Part shown: in pieces, positions 17,966 to 26,471 of the stretch
Layout of the letters: every line of letters begins with the position of its first letter
Numbering within the stretch: the stretch's first letter is position 1
Source of the DNA: a virus
Reading direction: 5' to 3' (one strand)
Length of the DNA: 64,000 bases
IMG/VR virus record: IMGVR_UViG_3300045997_000112
Location: 1 to 64,000 of that record
Notes under the pieces: generated by a model
The model's input: the letters and a program-made list of their open reading frames with translations, nothing else
What the model was told of the DNA's origin: nothing
Database searches by the model: none
Made by a program: the position numbers and the translations under genes

Positions 17966-18166
17966 TCAGCGCCCCGGGCTGTCCTTGGACGGGGCCTCCT
18001 GCGAGGTGTACCCATCCCACATGTTCAGCGTGGCGCGATCGGCCAACGTTGCCGCCGTGTTCCGGCCCTGGGGATCCTCGGTGTCCGGCCGGGCGTAGAA
18101 GTACTTGCCCTCGGTGGTCCCCTTGAGGAGCGCGGCTTCCTTGCTGCGGGATGGTGCGTACGACAT
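17966..18166 (-). CDS. hypothetical protein
   Basis: AGGAG RBS. Confidence 0.65.
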   Translation of the reverse strand: MSYAPSRSKEAALLKGTTEGKYFYARPDTEDPQGRNTAATLADRATLNMWDGYTSQEAPSKDSPGR

Positions 18167-18174
18167 GCGATCTC

Positions 18175-18528
18175 CTAGAGGTTTCCGAAGGTGGCGTCAT
18201 AGTTCGAGTACGTGCTCGAGCTGTTGGTCTCCGGCGGTCCTCCGGAGTACCACGCCCCGGTGTTGGGCGGCTGGAACAGTTGGTCAACATTGAGGACGTC
18301 GTCTATCCCATAGGCACCGACCCGGTACCCGAACCGTGGCCTGAACAACCGGACAGTTGGCGGGACAGCTTGTGCGAGAAGGGCGTTCTGGAGGCGTTCT
18401 CCCGTTATTCGCTCAACATTGGAGCGATCGGGGCCCACCGCCTGGTTGGGCACACCCATTCCCTCATCGGGCATCCCCCATGGCTTTTCGGCATAGCGCC
18501 CGGATGCAGTGTTGCTGTTGGCAATCAC
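18175..18528 (-). CDS. hypothetical protein
   Basis: GTGA coupling. Confidence 0.6.
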   Translation of the reverse strand: MIANSNTASGRYAEKPWGMPDEGMGVPNQAVGPDRSNVERITGERLQNALLAQAVPPTVRLFRPRFGYRVGAYGIDDVLNVDQLFQPPNTGAWYSGGPPETNSSSTYSNYDATFGNL

Positions 18529-18842
18529 GGCTTCCTCCTGGGAGTGGTCTTCTTCTTGGGCCTGGCCGCGTTCGCCTGAGCGTCGAGCTCCTTCTGGTGC
18601 AGGTCAGCGTAGTGCTGGGCCACGCTCTTCGTCGGGTCAACGCCCGCCTTCGCCTCGGCGGTCTTCATCCACGCGCGATGCTTGTGGTAGATCGCCACGC
18701 CCTCGTTGCGGTCCTTCGCCTTGGCCTTCTCAGACCCGTAGCGCTTGTTCCACTCGGCGCTGGCCTCGCGGCGCACCTTCTGGTGGAACTCGGACGGCTT
18801 GGTGCCGGGGGGATAGTGATGCGACCAGTGTGGAGCAGCCAT
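18525..18842 (-). CDS. basic hypothetical protein
   Basis: GGAGG RBS, codon bias. Confidence 0.7.
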   Translation of the reverse strand: MAAPHWSHHYPPGTKPSEFHQKVRREASAEWNKRYGSEKAKAKDRNEGVAIYHKHRAWMKTAEAKAGVDPTKSVAQHYADLHQKELDAQANAARPKKKTTPRRKP

Positions 18843-18845
18843 GGG

Positions 18846-19340
18846 TCACCTCCACGGAGGCCGCAGCGCAGACAGCTGCGACGCCCGGAAGGGATCGATG
18901 ACGCCCGGCTCGTTGCCGACAACACTGGGACCGGCCTTCCCATCGTTCACCAGATGGGGAGGGTCCACGAGCTCGGCCAGCGGGACATTGCGGCTACCGC
19001 CTCGAGCCTGGTTACGCAGGCCCCGAACAGGGTCCATGTCCGTGGGCCAGATGTACTGGGCGGGATCGATGCGCTCACCCTTGTGCACGCCCCTCTGGTA
19101 GGCCCGTTGGTTCTCCCGATTCTTGATCGAGTCCAGCAACCGATCATCCTGGCGCGACCGGATCGTTCCCAGGTACCCATCCGGGTAGCTCCCGGTGGGG
19201 ATGTTCATGTTGTTGCCCGACTGGGCCATCCTCAACCGATCGAGGAAGTCTCGAGACACCACAGAACCGGTTCCCGACGCGTTGGCGTCCTGGAACCCTC
19301 CGGCCGCAAGGGCCTGCCAGTTCTGGTGCGGTGCGCTCAT
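18846..19340 (-). CDS. hypothetical protein
   Basis: YPDGYLGTI.SR.DDRLL...YQRGVHKGERID...P.W; codon bias. Confidence 0.75.
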   Translation of the reverse strand: MSAPHQNWQALAAGGFQDANASGTGSVVSRDFLDRLRMAQSGNNMNIPTGSYPDGYLGTIRSRQDDRLLDSIKNRENQRAYQRGVHKGERIDPAQYIWPTDMDPVRGLRNQARGGSRNVPLAELVDPPHLVNDGKAGPSVVGNEPGVIDPFRASQLSALRPPWR

Positions 19341-19571
19341 CTACCCCTGCTTCATCGGGCTCTTGTCGAGCTTGTCCCACGACGTGAACGACCCATGCCC
19401 CTGACCGACCAGGTTGAGGTCCGAGGTGTTCATGCCCTTGAGCGCTGAGTTGGACCCGAACGACTCGCCGTAGGAGAACCGACCGTACGCCTCGATCCCA
19501 TGCTTGGCAGCGCCCGACACCCCCGTGCCGTAGTCATTGGGGGCGAACGCTGACCGCTCCGACGTGGACAT
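19341..19571 (-). CDS. hypothetical protein
   Basis: tight packing. Confidence 0.6.
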   Translation of the reverse strand: MSTSERSAFAPNDYGTGVSGAAKHGIEAYGRFSYGESFGSNSALKGMNTSDLNLVGQGHGSFTSWDKLDKSPMKQG

Positions 19572-19573
19572 CG

Positions 19574-19867
19574 TCAGATGCCCTCGTCGAACCGCCGACG
19601 GACGATGGCGGGCGAAAGGGTGCGGACTCCCGAGCCACGCTCGTGCTCGTAGGGATCCCCGACGCGGGTGACGTCGATGCCCTTCATGGTCGCCGGGCGC
19701 CCGGGAGCCATCTCCACCCCAGGATCGCCAACATTGGCGTTGTACCGGGGCCGCCTGATGCCACCGGTGGCGCCGTGCGGGTTGGCGACCATCCCGAGGA
19801 TGGAGCCCATGGTCTCGCCGAGCGAGTTCTTGATCGGGGTCAGCGGTGCAATCGTGTTCTCAGCCAT
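19574..19867 (-). CDS. hypothetical protein (likely leaderless)
   Basis: TAGCAT 6 nt upstream of ATG. Confidence 0.65.
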   Translation of the reverse strand: MAENTIAPLTPIKNSLGETMGSILGMVANPHGATGGIRRPRYNANVGDPGVEMAPGRPATMKGIDVTRVGDPYEHERGSGVRTLSPAIVRRRFDEGI

Positions 19868-19905
19868 GGACCCATGCTAGAGCGGCAGGCTCACGATTGG
19901 GGCGG

Positions 19906-20823
19906 CTAACCCTCAACCGTGTTGGCGATCTCCTCGAGCCTCGCCGCCTGAGCTCGCAGCGCCTGAGCCTCGGTGCGGATGGCGGCCGCCGCCAGCGTCG
20001 TATCGGGAACGGTCGGGTGTACTGGCGGCGGGGTCACCGGGGGCGTCACCACCGGCGGGGTCACGACCGGAGGCGGGGTCACGACCTCAGGCGTCCGCTC
20101 CTCGGCCGCGTGGGCGTCGTAGATGCGCTTCAGCTCCGCGTCGGTGAGCACCCGGTTGAAGAACGCCACCCGACGGATGCGCCCCACTAGGAACCCGGTG
20201 CTGTCACCGCGCGTCCCGATGCACACCGGGGTGGAGGTGTTCGCCGGGACCGTCTTGTACGAGGTGAACATGTCCTTGTCCCGCTGGACCCCGTTGCAGT
20301 AGATCGCCGAGTACCCGGGCGTGGGCCCGCTGCCCTTGGTGGTGGCCACTCCACCGATGACCTGCTCGACATGCTCGGCCGCGTGCGGGTCCTGCACGTA
20401 CGACCCGGTGCCCAGGCCGCCGTTGGGCACGAAGTTGTAGAACGAGATGCGCCGCTTGCGCGCCGGGGCCTCGCCACCGCCACCGTCGATGTAGGTCCGG
20501 AACGTCCACTCGTGGGCGTTGGGCCTGCCCTTGCCCATCCAGTGCAGGTACTCGTTGTTGTTGGAGACCCGCTTCCAGTCATCCACCGTCAGGAAGGCGA
20601 TGATGGTCAGCTCCTTGGTGGTGGGCACCGAGAAGTCCGGGCTGTCCGCGAGCTCGATCCACGACCGGCCATCGAAGTGGGCACCGTCGGCAGCGAAGGT
20701 GACGTTGCCGTGGGCCACGCCGTCAATGTTGCCGATCACGTCCCGCGCCCGACCGACATCATCGAGGGGGTAGTAGTGCGTGAGACCCGGAATGGCCTTG
20801 ATGGTGTCCTGGAAGCTGGTCAT
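19906..20823 (-). CDS. LamG/concanavalin-A-like lectin-domain protein with Pro-rich linker and coiled-coil tail
   Basis: YYPLDD, AHFDG, IYCNG, VCIG, GRIRRVAFFNRVLT..E; (VVTPP)n; GGAG RBS before 20823. Confidence 0.8.
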   Translation of the reverse strand: MTSFQDTIKAIPGLTHYYPLDDVGRARDVIGNIDGVAHGNVTFAADGAHFDGRSWIELADSPDFSVPTTKELTIIAFLTVDDWKRVSNNNEYLHWMGKGRPNAHEWTFRTYIDGGGGEAPARKRRISFYNFVPNGGLGTGSYVQDPHAAEHVEQVIGGVATTKGSGPTPGYSAIYCNGVQRDKDMFTSYKTVPANTSTPVCIGTRGDSTGFLVGRIRRVAFFNRVLTDAELKRIYDAHAAEERTPEVVTPPPVVTPPVVTPPVTPPPVHPTVPDTTLAAAAIRTEAQALRAQAARLEEIANTVEG

Positions 20824-20981
20824 GGTGAAGGCTCCTATGGGTGAGTAGAAGAACTGTATCGGCTGGGGTTCGCAGCTGTCCCCGCCGATGTCAGCGCCCC
20901 CACCACCGTGTGTCTCCGGTGATGGGGGCGCCAACGTTGTGAGGATGAGGCCCGCTGCGAGTAGCCAGACCCACCTCAATC

Positions 20982-22055
20982 TCAGAGGCCGTCGGTGGCG
21001 CTGATCAAGGTAACGGTGTTCCCTGCGATGGTGATCTTGGCGGTTGCCGAGTTGTTGTTCTCGTTCGTCTCCTTCCAGAAGTTCTGCCAGTCAGCAGTGA
21101 CCTTCACGGTGTATGTGTCATCAGGAAGGGTGGTGATGTCAATGGCCTGATCCGGAAGCGTTGCCGGGTAGGTGTCCGACCATCCGACCGACAACCCGTG
21201 CATGATGCTCGTCGCGTTCGGGTCCCCGACACCGCAGACGTTGTCGTGGGTGTAGACCGGGTTCAGGGGCGACGCCGGGTAGCTGGGGTTGCCCGGCCAG
21301 TTCCGGTACGAGGTGTTGTCCTCGAAGCAGAACCCATGCTTCTCGCCGTCGCGGAGCTTCTTCCCGTTCTTGTTGTAGATCTCGTAGGCGTCGAAGTCCT
21401 TGATGTGCCAGTGCGTGTGCCCGTCACCCGCGTAGTAGAAGGTGGCCGCAGCTGCCGGAAGCGTCTTCTTGGTGCCGTCCGACATGTACACGACCTGGTT
21501 GGCGACCCAATCCGTCGAGGTGGACGAGGAGCGCTTGCCCAGGATCTCGAGTGGGCCCTTGCCCACGTTGGCGGTCACACCCGGGAACTTGAGCAGCTTC
21601 TTGCCGCCGGTGTTGACGATGGTGAACTGACGCAGGGTGCGGATGCCCGTGTCCGGCAGGAGCTCGGTGGCGCCCGACGGCGGGGGCGGCGGAGTGCCTC
21701 CGATGGTGACGGTGGCGCCCACCTTGGCGTTGGCCTTGAGCCACGTCCTCGACGTGCCATGCCCGGAGAGCACATACCCGTTGGCGGGGATGGCCATGTT
21801 GCCAACGCCATCCTCGGCCTTGGTGATGACACCCCCCACCACAGCGGCCTCGTACCCGTAGATGTTGGTCCCCGTGGTGGCCCCGTAGGCGGGGGTGTAC
21901 TGCACGAAGGCGTTGGTGGACCGGTAGACGTTGACCCCGGTCAGCGCGAGCGTCTGCCCATTGATGGTGACGTCGTTGGCCGCTGCCTGTGCTGGGGCGA
22001 CGGACATCCCCAGAATCACGGCCATGGCAGCGAATAGAACGGATAGCTTCCTCAT
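20982..22055 (-). CDS. secreted lysyl-oxidase-family copper amine oxidase
   Basis: Signal peptide ending AQA; NVGKGP; Cu site HTHWH; GEKHGFCFED (LTQ Lys); GLSVGWSDTY (LTQ Tyr); QAIDIT; ETNENNN. Confidence 0.88.
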   Translation of the reverse strand: MRKLSVLFAAMAVILGMSVAPAQAAANDVTINGQTLALTGVNVYRSTNAFVQYTPAYGATTGTNIYGYEAAVVGGVITKAEDGVGNMAIPANGYVLSGHGTSRTWLKANAKVGATVTIGGTPPPPPSGATELLPDTGIRTLRQFTIVNTGGKKLLKFPGVTANVGKGPLEILGKRSSSTSTDWVANQVVYMSDGTKKTLPAAAATFYYAGDGHTHWHIKDFDAYEIYNKNGKKLRDGEKHGFCFEDNTSYRNWPGNPSYPASPLNPVYTHDNVCGVGDPNATSIMHGLSVGWSDTYPATLPDQAIDITTLPDDTYTVKVTADWQNFWKETNENNNSATAKITIAGNTVTLISATDGL

Positions 22056-23398
22056 GACTCCTCAATCTTCGACATGGATGTGATCTCTTCGACGCTGAAG
22101 TCTGGAGTGTAGCTAGACACTCCAACCTTCTCAGGCTCAGGTGCCCCTGCTCCACGAGTGCCCCAGGACTGGTCCCCAAGGGTGAGGACTGCCTTGTACA
22201 CGGCCACCCGCAGGAGGAACAGACCCCAGAGCGGGTACAGCGTCCCCGCCAGGAACACCTGGAGGATCTTGTTGCCCAAGGACATCGACGGACGGGATGC
22301 GTAGGCAGCCCCCGCCATGCAGAACGAGGTGACGAACCAGAAGGCCACGCCGTACATCAGGGTGGGCTCCCCGAACCTGATCCACACGGTGCTCAACACC
22401 GCCACGGCGAAGGGGAACGCCAGGGCGAACACCAGCGGGTAGCAGTAGAAGAACACCACCAGCGGCCGAAGGTTGGTGACCACGAACGGGGCCCCCAACC
22501 ATGCGGACTTCGACCACCGGGTGCGCTGCTTGAAGATGCCCCGGGGTGTCTCCGGGAGGTGCGTCTCGCACGCCGCCTCGTTGACCGTGACCACCTTGCC
22601 CTTCATCAGGGCGTAGAAGCTCAGGCGCCGGTCATCTCCGATGCTGCCCGAGTTCAGGTAGTCCTCCATGTTGTCGAAGAACACCCAGGGGCGATACACC
22701 GCGATCGCTCCCGAGGTGGGCGTCACGATGGACATGCGGGAGCGGAGCATCCGCATCTGCAAGGTTGAGATCTGCAGGTTGATGTCCGTTAGCCTCGTCA
22801 TGAGGTTGTGCCGCCAGTTGGCGGTGTAGCAGATGGCCGTGGTGGCCATCACCTCCGGATCGTGGAACGCCCGCATCAGGTGCTCGACGGCGTCCAGATC
22901 GAACACCGAGTCCGAGTCCACCGTCACGATCAGGTCGTAGTCATCCTTGGTGAACTGGGCCAGCATCGCCGCCTGCGCGTGCCGCTTGCCCGCGTTCTCC
23001 TGCCGCATCCAGGTGACCAGCGGGTGGTCGAACCCCATGAGCGGGAACTCCGACCCGTCGTCCATGACGTAGATGTGGTCCGGTGGCCGGGTCTGGCGAA
23101 TCAGCGACCACACCACCTCGTGAACCCGCTCCTCGTTCTCCTCGTAGATGGGCACGATCGCCACCACGCGAGCCTCGGGGACCGGGTTGTTCTTGAAGGT
23201 GCGCCACCAGAACCCCGAGATGATGTTGGCCGTGGTGATGCAGGCGAAGAAGGAGAAGAACCCGGCCAGGAACCAGGAGTTCCACCCGATCCACCCACTC
23301 ATCGTCCACACGAAGTAGGTCACGAACAGCCCGAGGAAGAGCAGCGCGACAACCAATGACCACCCGCGAGCGGGCCTGTTCCGTCCGATGTACGTCAC
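22052..23398 (-). CDS. hyaluronan-synthase/NodC-like processive GT2 glycosyltransferase
   Basis: Two N-terminal TMs, DDGS, AGKR.AQ, VTVDSDS, GDDRRL, QRTRWSKS, C-terminal TMs, WGTRG. Confidence 0.88.
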   Translation of the reverse strand: MTYIGRNRPARGWSLVVALLFLGLFVTYFVWTMSGWIGWNSWFLAGFFSFFACITTANIISGFWWRTFKNNPVPEARVVAIVPIYEENEERVHEVVWSLIRQTRPPDHIYVMDDGSEFPLMGFDHPLVTWMRQENAGKRHAQAAMLAQFTKDDYDLIVTVDSDSVFDLDAVEHLMRAFHDPEVMATTAICYTANWRHNLMTRLTDINLQISTLQMRMLRSRMSIVTPTSGAIAVYRPWVFFDNMEDYLNSGSIGDDRRLSFYALMKGKVVTVNEAACETHLPETPRGIFKQRTRWSKSAWLGAPFVVTNLRPLVVFFYCYPLVFALAFPFAVAVLSTVWIRFGEPTLMYGVAFWFVTSFCMAGAAYASRPSMSLGNKILQVFLAGTLYPLWGLFLLRVAVYKAVLTLGDQSWGTRGAGAPEPEKVGVSSYTPDFSVEEITSMSKIEES

Positions 23399-23553
23399 GA
23401 GTTCCCCTTGTACTTGTTGTTGCGGGTCTTGAACCGGTACCCGACGACCACGATGACCGCCGTGAGCACGAACACGGCGATGATGAAGCCCTGACCGATC
23501 TGGATGGGGCCCACGTTGAACGCCCCCCGGGCCACGGGGCAGAACGCCGTCAC
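23395..23553 (-). CDS. small single-pass membrane protein
   Basis: GTGA coupling on both sides; hydrophobic helix followed by basic tail. Confidence 0.6.
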   Translation of the reverse strand: MTAFCPVARGAFNVGPIQIGQGFIIAVFVLTAVIVVVGYRFKTRNNKYKGNS

Positions 23554-24815
23554 AGCTTGTGGACCTTGTCGGCACCCTGCGGGTAGACGTTGCGGGTGTC
23601 CAGGATCTGCTCCGCGTTCTCGTGGATGAGACCCCAATCGAAGACCGCATGGTCCGTGAGCACGATCACCAGATCGAACGACCCGGCGGCCTTGGCGGCA
23701 AGCTCGGCGTCGCTGATCGAGTAGACGTGGGGATCGGACACCGTGACATCCGCACCGGCCTCCCGGAGCAGGCGCACCACCTCCAGCGCCGGGGACTCCC
23801 GGGTGTCGGCAACATTGGGCTTGTAGGCCACCCCGAGGCACAGGATGCGCGCCTGCCACAGCTTGATGTCCCGCTCCGCGAGCAGCGACCTCGATCGGCA
23901 CACGACATGTCCGGGCATCCCGTTGTTGATCTCGTCGGCCAGCTCGGCGAACTTGAACGCCTTGCCGTGATGGTTGCGCCGCATCCAGGTCAGGTACAGC
24001 GGGTCCACCGCGATGCAGTGCCCGCCCACACCTGGTCCCGGCCGGAACCGCATGATGGCGTGGCCCTTGGTGGCCGCCGCGTCGAGGACCTCGTCCACGT
24101 CCAGCCCCAGCTCGGAGCACACCACGGCCATCTCGTTGACCAGGGCGATGTTGACCTGGGCGAACGTGTTCTCGAACACCTTGGCCAGCTCGGCGGCACG
24201 GGGGCTGGAGACCGGGACCACGGTGTCTACCAACGTCGAGTAGAACTCCTGAACCTGAGCCAACGCCTCGTCACCCAGTCCCGACACGATCTTCGGGATG
24301 CGCTGAAAGGTGTTGACCTTGTCCCCTGGGTTGATCCGCTCGGGGCTGTACCCGATCTCGTAGTCCCGCTCCGGACGCATCCCGTTGACGTACCCGATGG
24401 TCTGGACCACGACATCCTCAGTGGTGCCGGGGTAGGTGGTGGACTCCAGCACGATCAGCTCCCCGCCACGCATGTGCTTGGCGATGAAGGAGGCGGCGCT
24501 CTTGATGTAGGTCAGGTCCGGATGCTTGAGCTCATCCACCGGGGTGGGCACCGTGATCAGTGCGATGTCGAATGGCTGGTGGGGCGCCACGAACTCGGTG
24601 TACGCCGTGTCGGTGTACGCCTTGAACCACCCACTGCGCTGCATCTTGGCCAGGCGCTCGTCGGACACGTCCTCGACATAGGACTGCTCGTTGTGCAGGG
24701 CGTCGATCTTGCTCTTGTCCACGTCGACGCCGACGACAACGTGACCGGCCTCAGCCGCTCGGATGGCGATGGGCAGACCGACGTAGCCCATGCCGACGAT
24801 CAGGACGTTACTCAC
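23550..24815 (-). CDS. UDP-N-acetylhexosamine dehydrogenase (WecC/WbpA type)
   Basis: GMGYVGLP, VPTP, ESTTYPGTT, SPERINPG, AE.AKVFENT, PGPGVGGHCI, GVAYK..V.DTRESP. Confidence 0.93.
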   Translation of the reverse strand: MSNVLIVGMGYVGLPIAIRAAEAGHVVVGVDVDKSKIDALHNEQSYVEDVSDERLAKMQRSGWFKAYTDTAYTEFVAPHQPFDIALITVPTPVDELKHPDLTYIKSAASFIAKHMRGGELIVLESTTYPGTTEDVVVQTIGYVNGMRPERDYEIGYSPERINPGDKVNTFQRIPKIVSGLGDEALAQVQEFYSTLVDTVVPVSSPRAAELAKVFENTFAQVNIALVNEMAVVCSELGLDVDEVLDAAATKGHAIMRFRPGPGVGGHCIAVDPLYLTWMRRNHHGKAFKFAELADEINNGMPGHVVCRSRSLLAERDIKLWQARILCLGVAYKPNVADTRESPALEVVRLLREAGADVTVSDPHVYSISDAELAAKAAGSFDLVIVLTDHAVFDWGLIHENAEQILDTRNVYPQGADKVHKL

Positions 24816-24900
24816 TGCGCTTCTCCTCCTTGCCGCAGATGATGCAGAACTGCTGCACACCTTTTCGGCTGAACACCATGCAACCTCGCTTGCACTTCAC
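24808..24900 (-). CDS. 30-aa zinc-ribbon microprotein
   Basis: GTGA coupling; CKRGC...CIIC. Confidence 0.45.
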   Translation of the reverse strand: MKCKRGCMVFSRKGVQQFCIICGKEEKRSE

Positions 24901-25538
24901 TGTTCCTCCAACATGACGAGCTCGATGGGGTTGTCGTAGTCCATGAGCAGGGTGACGATGCTGTCGTTCGTGGTGGCGTGATGCCGCGACCACTCGACCT
25001 TGATCCCCGCTTCCTCGAAGATGGTGGTGTCCCCCATGTATGCCCTGGCTCCGGTTCCGGAGAGGTAGACGTCCATCTGGGGGTAGGCACGGAAGGTGCT
25101 GAGAAGGCCCTCGGCCTTGGTCCCGATGGAGTCCAGACCGAGAGCGAACGGGGTAGTGATACCCAGAAGATCCCGCACGTACACGAGCAGGTCAAGATTG
25201 AACTGCCAGAGGTAGGGGCTCTCGAGGCTCATCGCGTAGTCCACGAGATCCGCCCCGCGCGTCTTGTAGTGGGGCGCCCCGGAGTACCGGCCGTGCATGA
25301 TCTTGGGGAACATCTCCCGGAACTTGGGGATGTCGAGCATGACCTCATTGATGGGCTCGTAGCGGTACTTCTGTGCCAATGGCAGAGTGCACCAGTTGTC
25401 CCGCATCATCACGCGGCGCTGGTAGCCGCGCTCGTGGAGCTGGGCCCGGTAGCGGATGTCCATGATGTCTGCGCGGGCGGTCTTGTACCAGAACCGCGAG
25501 TTGGGCAAGAAGTTCGGCTGATGTCCGGCGACGATCAT
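24897..25538 (-). CDS. WbqC-like protein (putative glycyl transferase)
   Basis: HQPNFLP, Y..APHY, YLSGTGARAY, SIV.LL. Confidence 0.87.
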   Translation of the reverse strand: MIVAGHQPNFLPNSRFWYKTARADIMDIRYRAQLHERGYQRRVMMRDNWCTLPLAQKYRYEPINEVMLDIPKFREMFPKIMHGRYSGAPHYKTRGADLVDYAMSLESPYLWQFNLDLLVYVRDLLGITTPFALGLDSIGTKAEGLLSTFRAYPQMDVYLSGTGARAYMGDTTIFEEAGIKVEWSRHHATTNDSIVTLLMDYDNPIELVMLEEQ

Positions 25539-26155
25539 GAGCGCACCTCACGAACCACGGCGAACTGCTCGGCGAAGGGCAGGTTGCGCCCGGACCCGAT
25601 CCAGCGACCGTGCTCGAATGCCAGCTTGGCGGGATCGAATGACCCGTTGGCCTGGGACTCGTACGCCCGGATGGCGGCCATCTTGGTCTCCATCTGCGCC
25701 TCGGTCAGTCCCTCGAACCGGTTCCACTGGTAGGGGATGGTGTAGAGGTCCGTGGTGTAGCTGGGGATCTCGTACAGCAGGACCGTGGGCACGTACCAGG
25801 CGTCCTTGTTGGTGTAGGACAACCGTGAGGCGCGGATCCCGGCCTCGTAGGCGGCGATGTGGTCCTGATGGGCGCCCGGGGTGGGCAGGTAGATCTCGAC
25901 CGGCTGGAGCGCACTGATGACTGAGTCCAGCCAGGTGACGAGCATCCGGGCGTTGCCCGTGAGCGTTCCGGTTTGGAACTCCGCGAGGTAGGTGCGCTCG
26001 TACCCCAAGATTCCCTTGGCGCGGTAGTACTCCTCCATCCTCCCGTCTCCCTTGTCGGAGAGGATGGCGACGGCGATGTCCTGTGGATCCTTGGCGATGA
26101 GCCCTCCACAGCCGAGAACCTCGTCGTCGGCGTGTGGCGATACGATCAACTTCAT
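25535..26155 (-). CDS. PIG-L/LmbE family N-deacetylase
   Basis: SPHADDEVLGCGG, HQDH, K..AI..Y.SQ, AEQF. Confidence 0.92.
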   Translation of the reverse strand: MKLIVSPHADDEVLGCGGLIAKDPQDIAVAILSDKGDGRMEEYYRAKGILGYERTYLAEFQTGTLTGNARMLVTWLDSVISALQPVEIYLPTPGAHQDHIAAYEAGIRASRLSYTNKDAWYVPTVLLYEIPSYTTDLYTIPYQWNRFEGLTEAQMETKMAAIRAYESQANGSFDPAKLAFEHGRWIGSGRNLPFAEQFAVVREVRS

Positions 26156-26199
26156 TAGTCCCTCAATTGTTGTGTGTGGTGGGTCTAGCGCACTCTAGA
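26156..26199 (-). promoter_or_regulatory. putative promoter/leader of the polysaccharide operon
   Basis: TAGAGT hexamer on minus strand, A/C-rich leader, GAGGGA RBS. Confidence 0.45.
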
Positions 26200-26466
26200 C
26201 TACCTGACTTCTACATAGAACACGACAGCACTGATGGTGCCGTCGCCGTTGGCGTTGTCCACGTTGGTGAACCCGATCTTGGTCCACAGGTCCTTGCCCC
26301 GTGGGGCGATCAGCCCGCGAGCGATGGCCACGGACTTGGCCGCTTGGCTGACTGCACTGGCTCCGACGGCTCGAACCTCAGCCTCGTCGGCATGGTCCAG
26401 CGACCGGGCGATGCTCCCGGCCACCTCCTTGACGTTGGAATCTCCACGTACCTTGATTAGCTCCAT
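26200..26466 (-). CDS. spoVS: SpoVS-like protein
   Basis: IKV...SN...VAGSIA...RAVGASAVSQAAKSVAIARG...GF..V...ISA. Confidence 0.9.
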   Translation of the reverse strand: MELIKVRGDSNVKEVAGSIARSLDHADEAEVRAVGASAVSQAAKSVAIARGLIAPRGKDLWTKIGFTNVDNANGDGTISAVVFYVEVR

Positions 26467-26471
26467 CACTG

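Noticed and set aside
20020-20090. Short tandem DNA repeats
   Set aside because: They encode the (VVTPP)n protein linker; not an array with spacers
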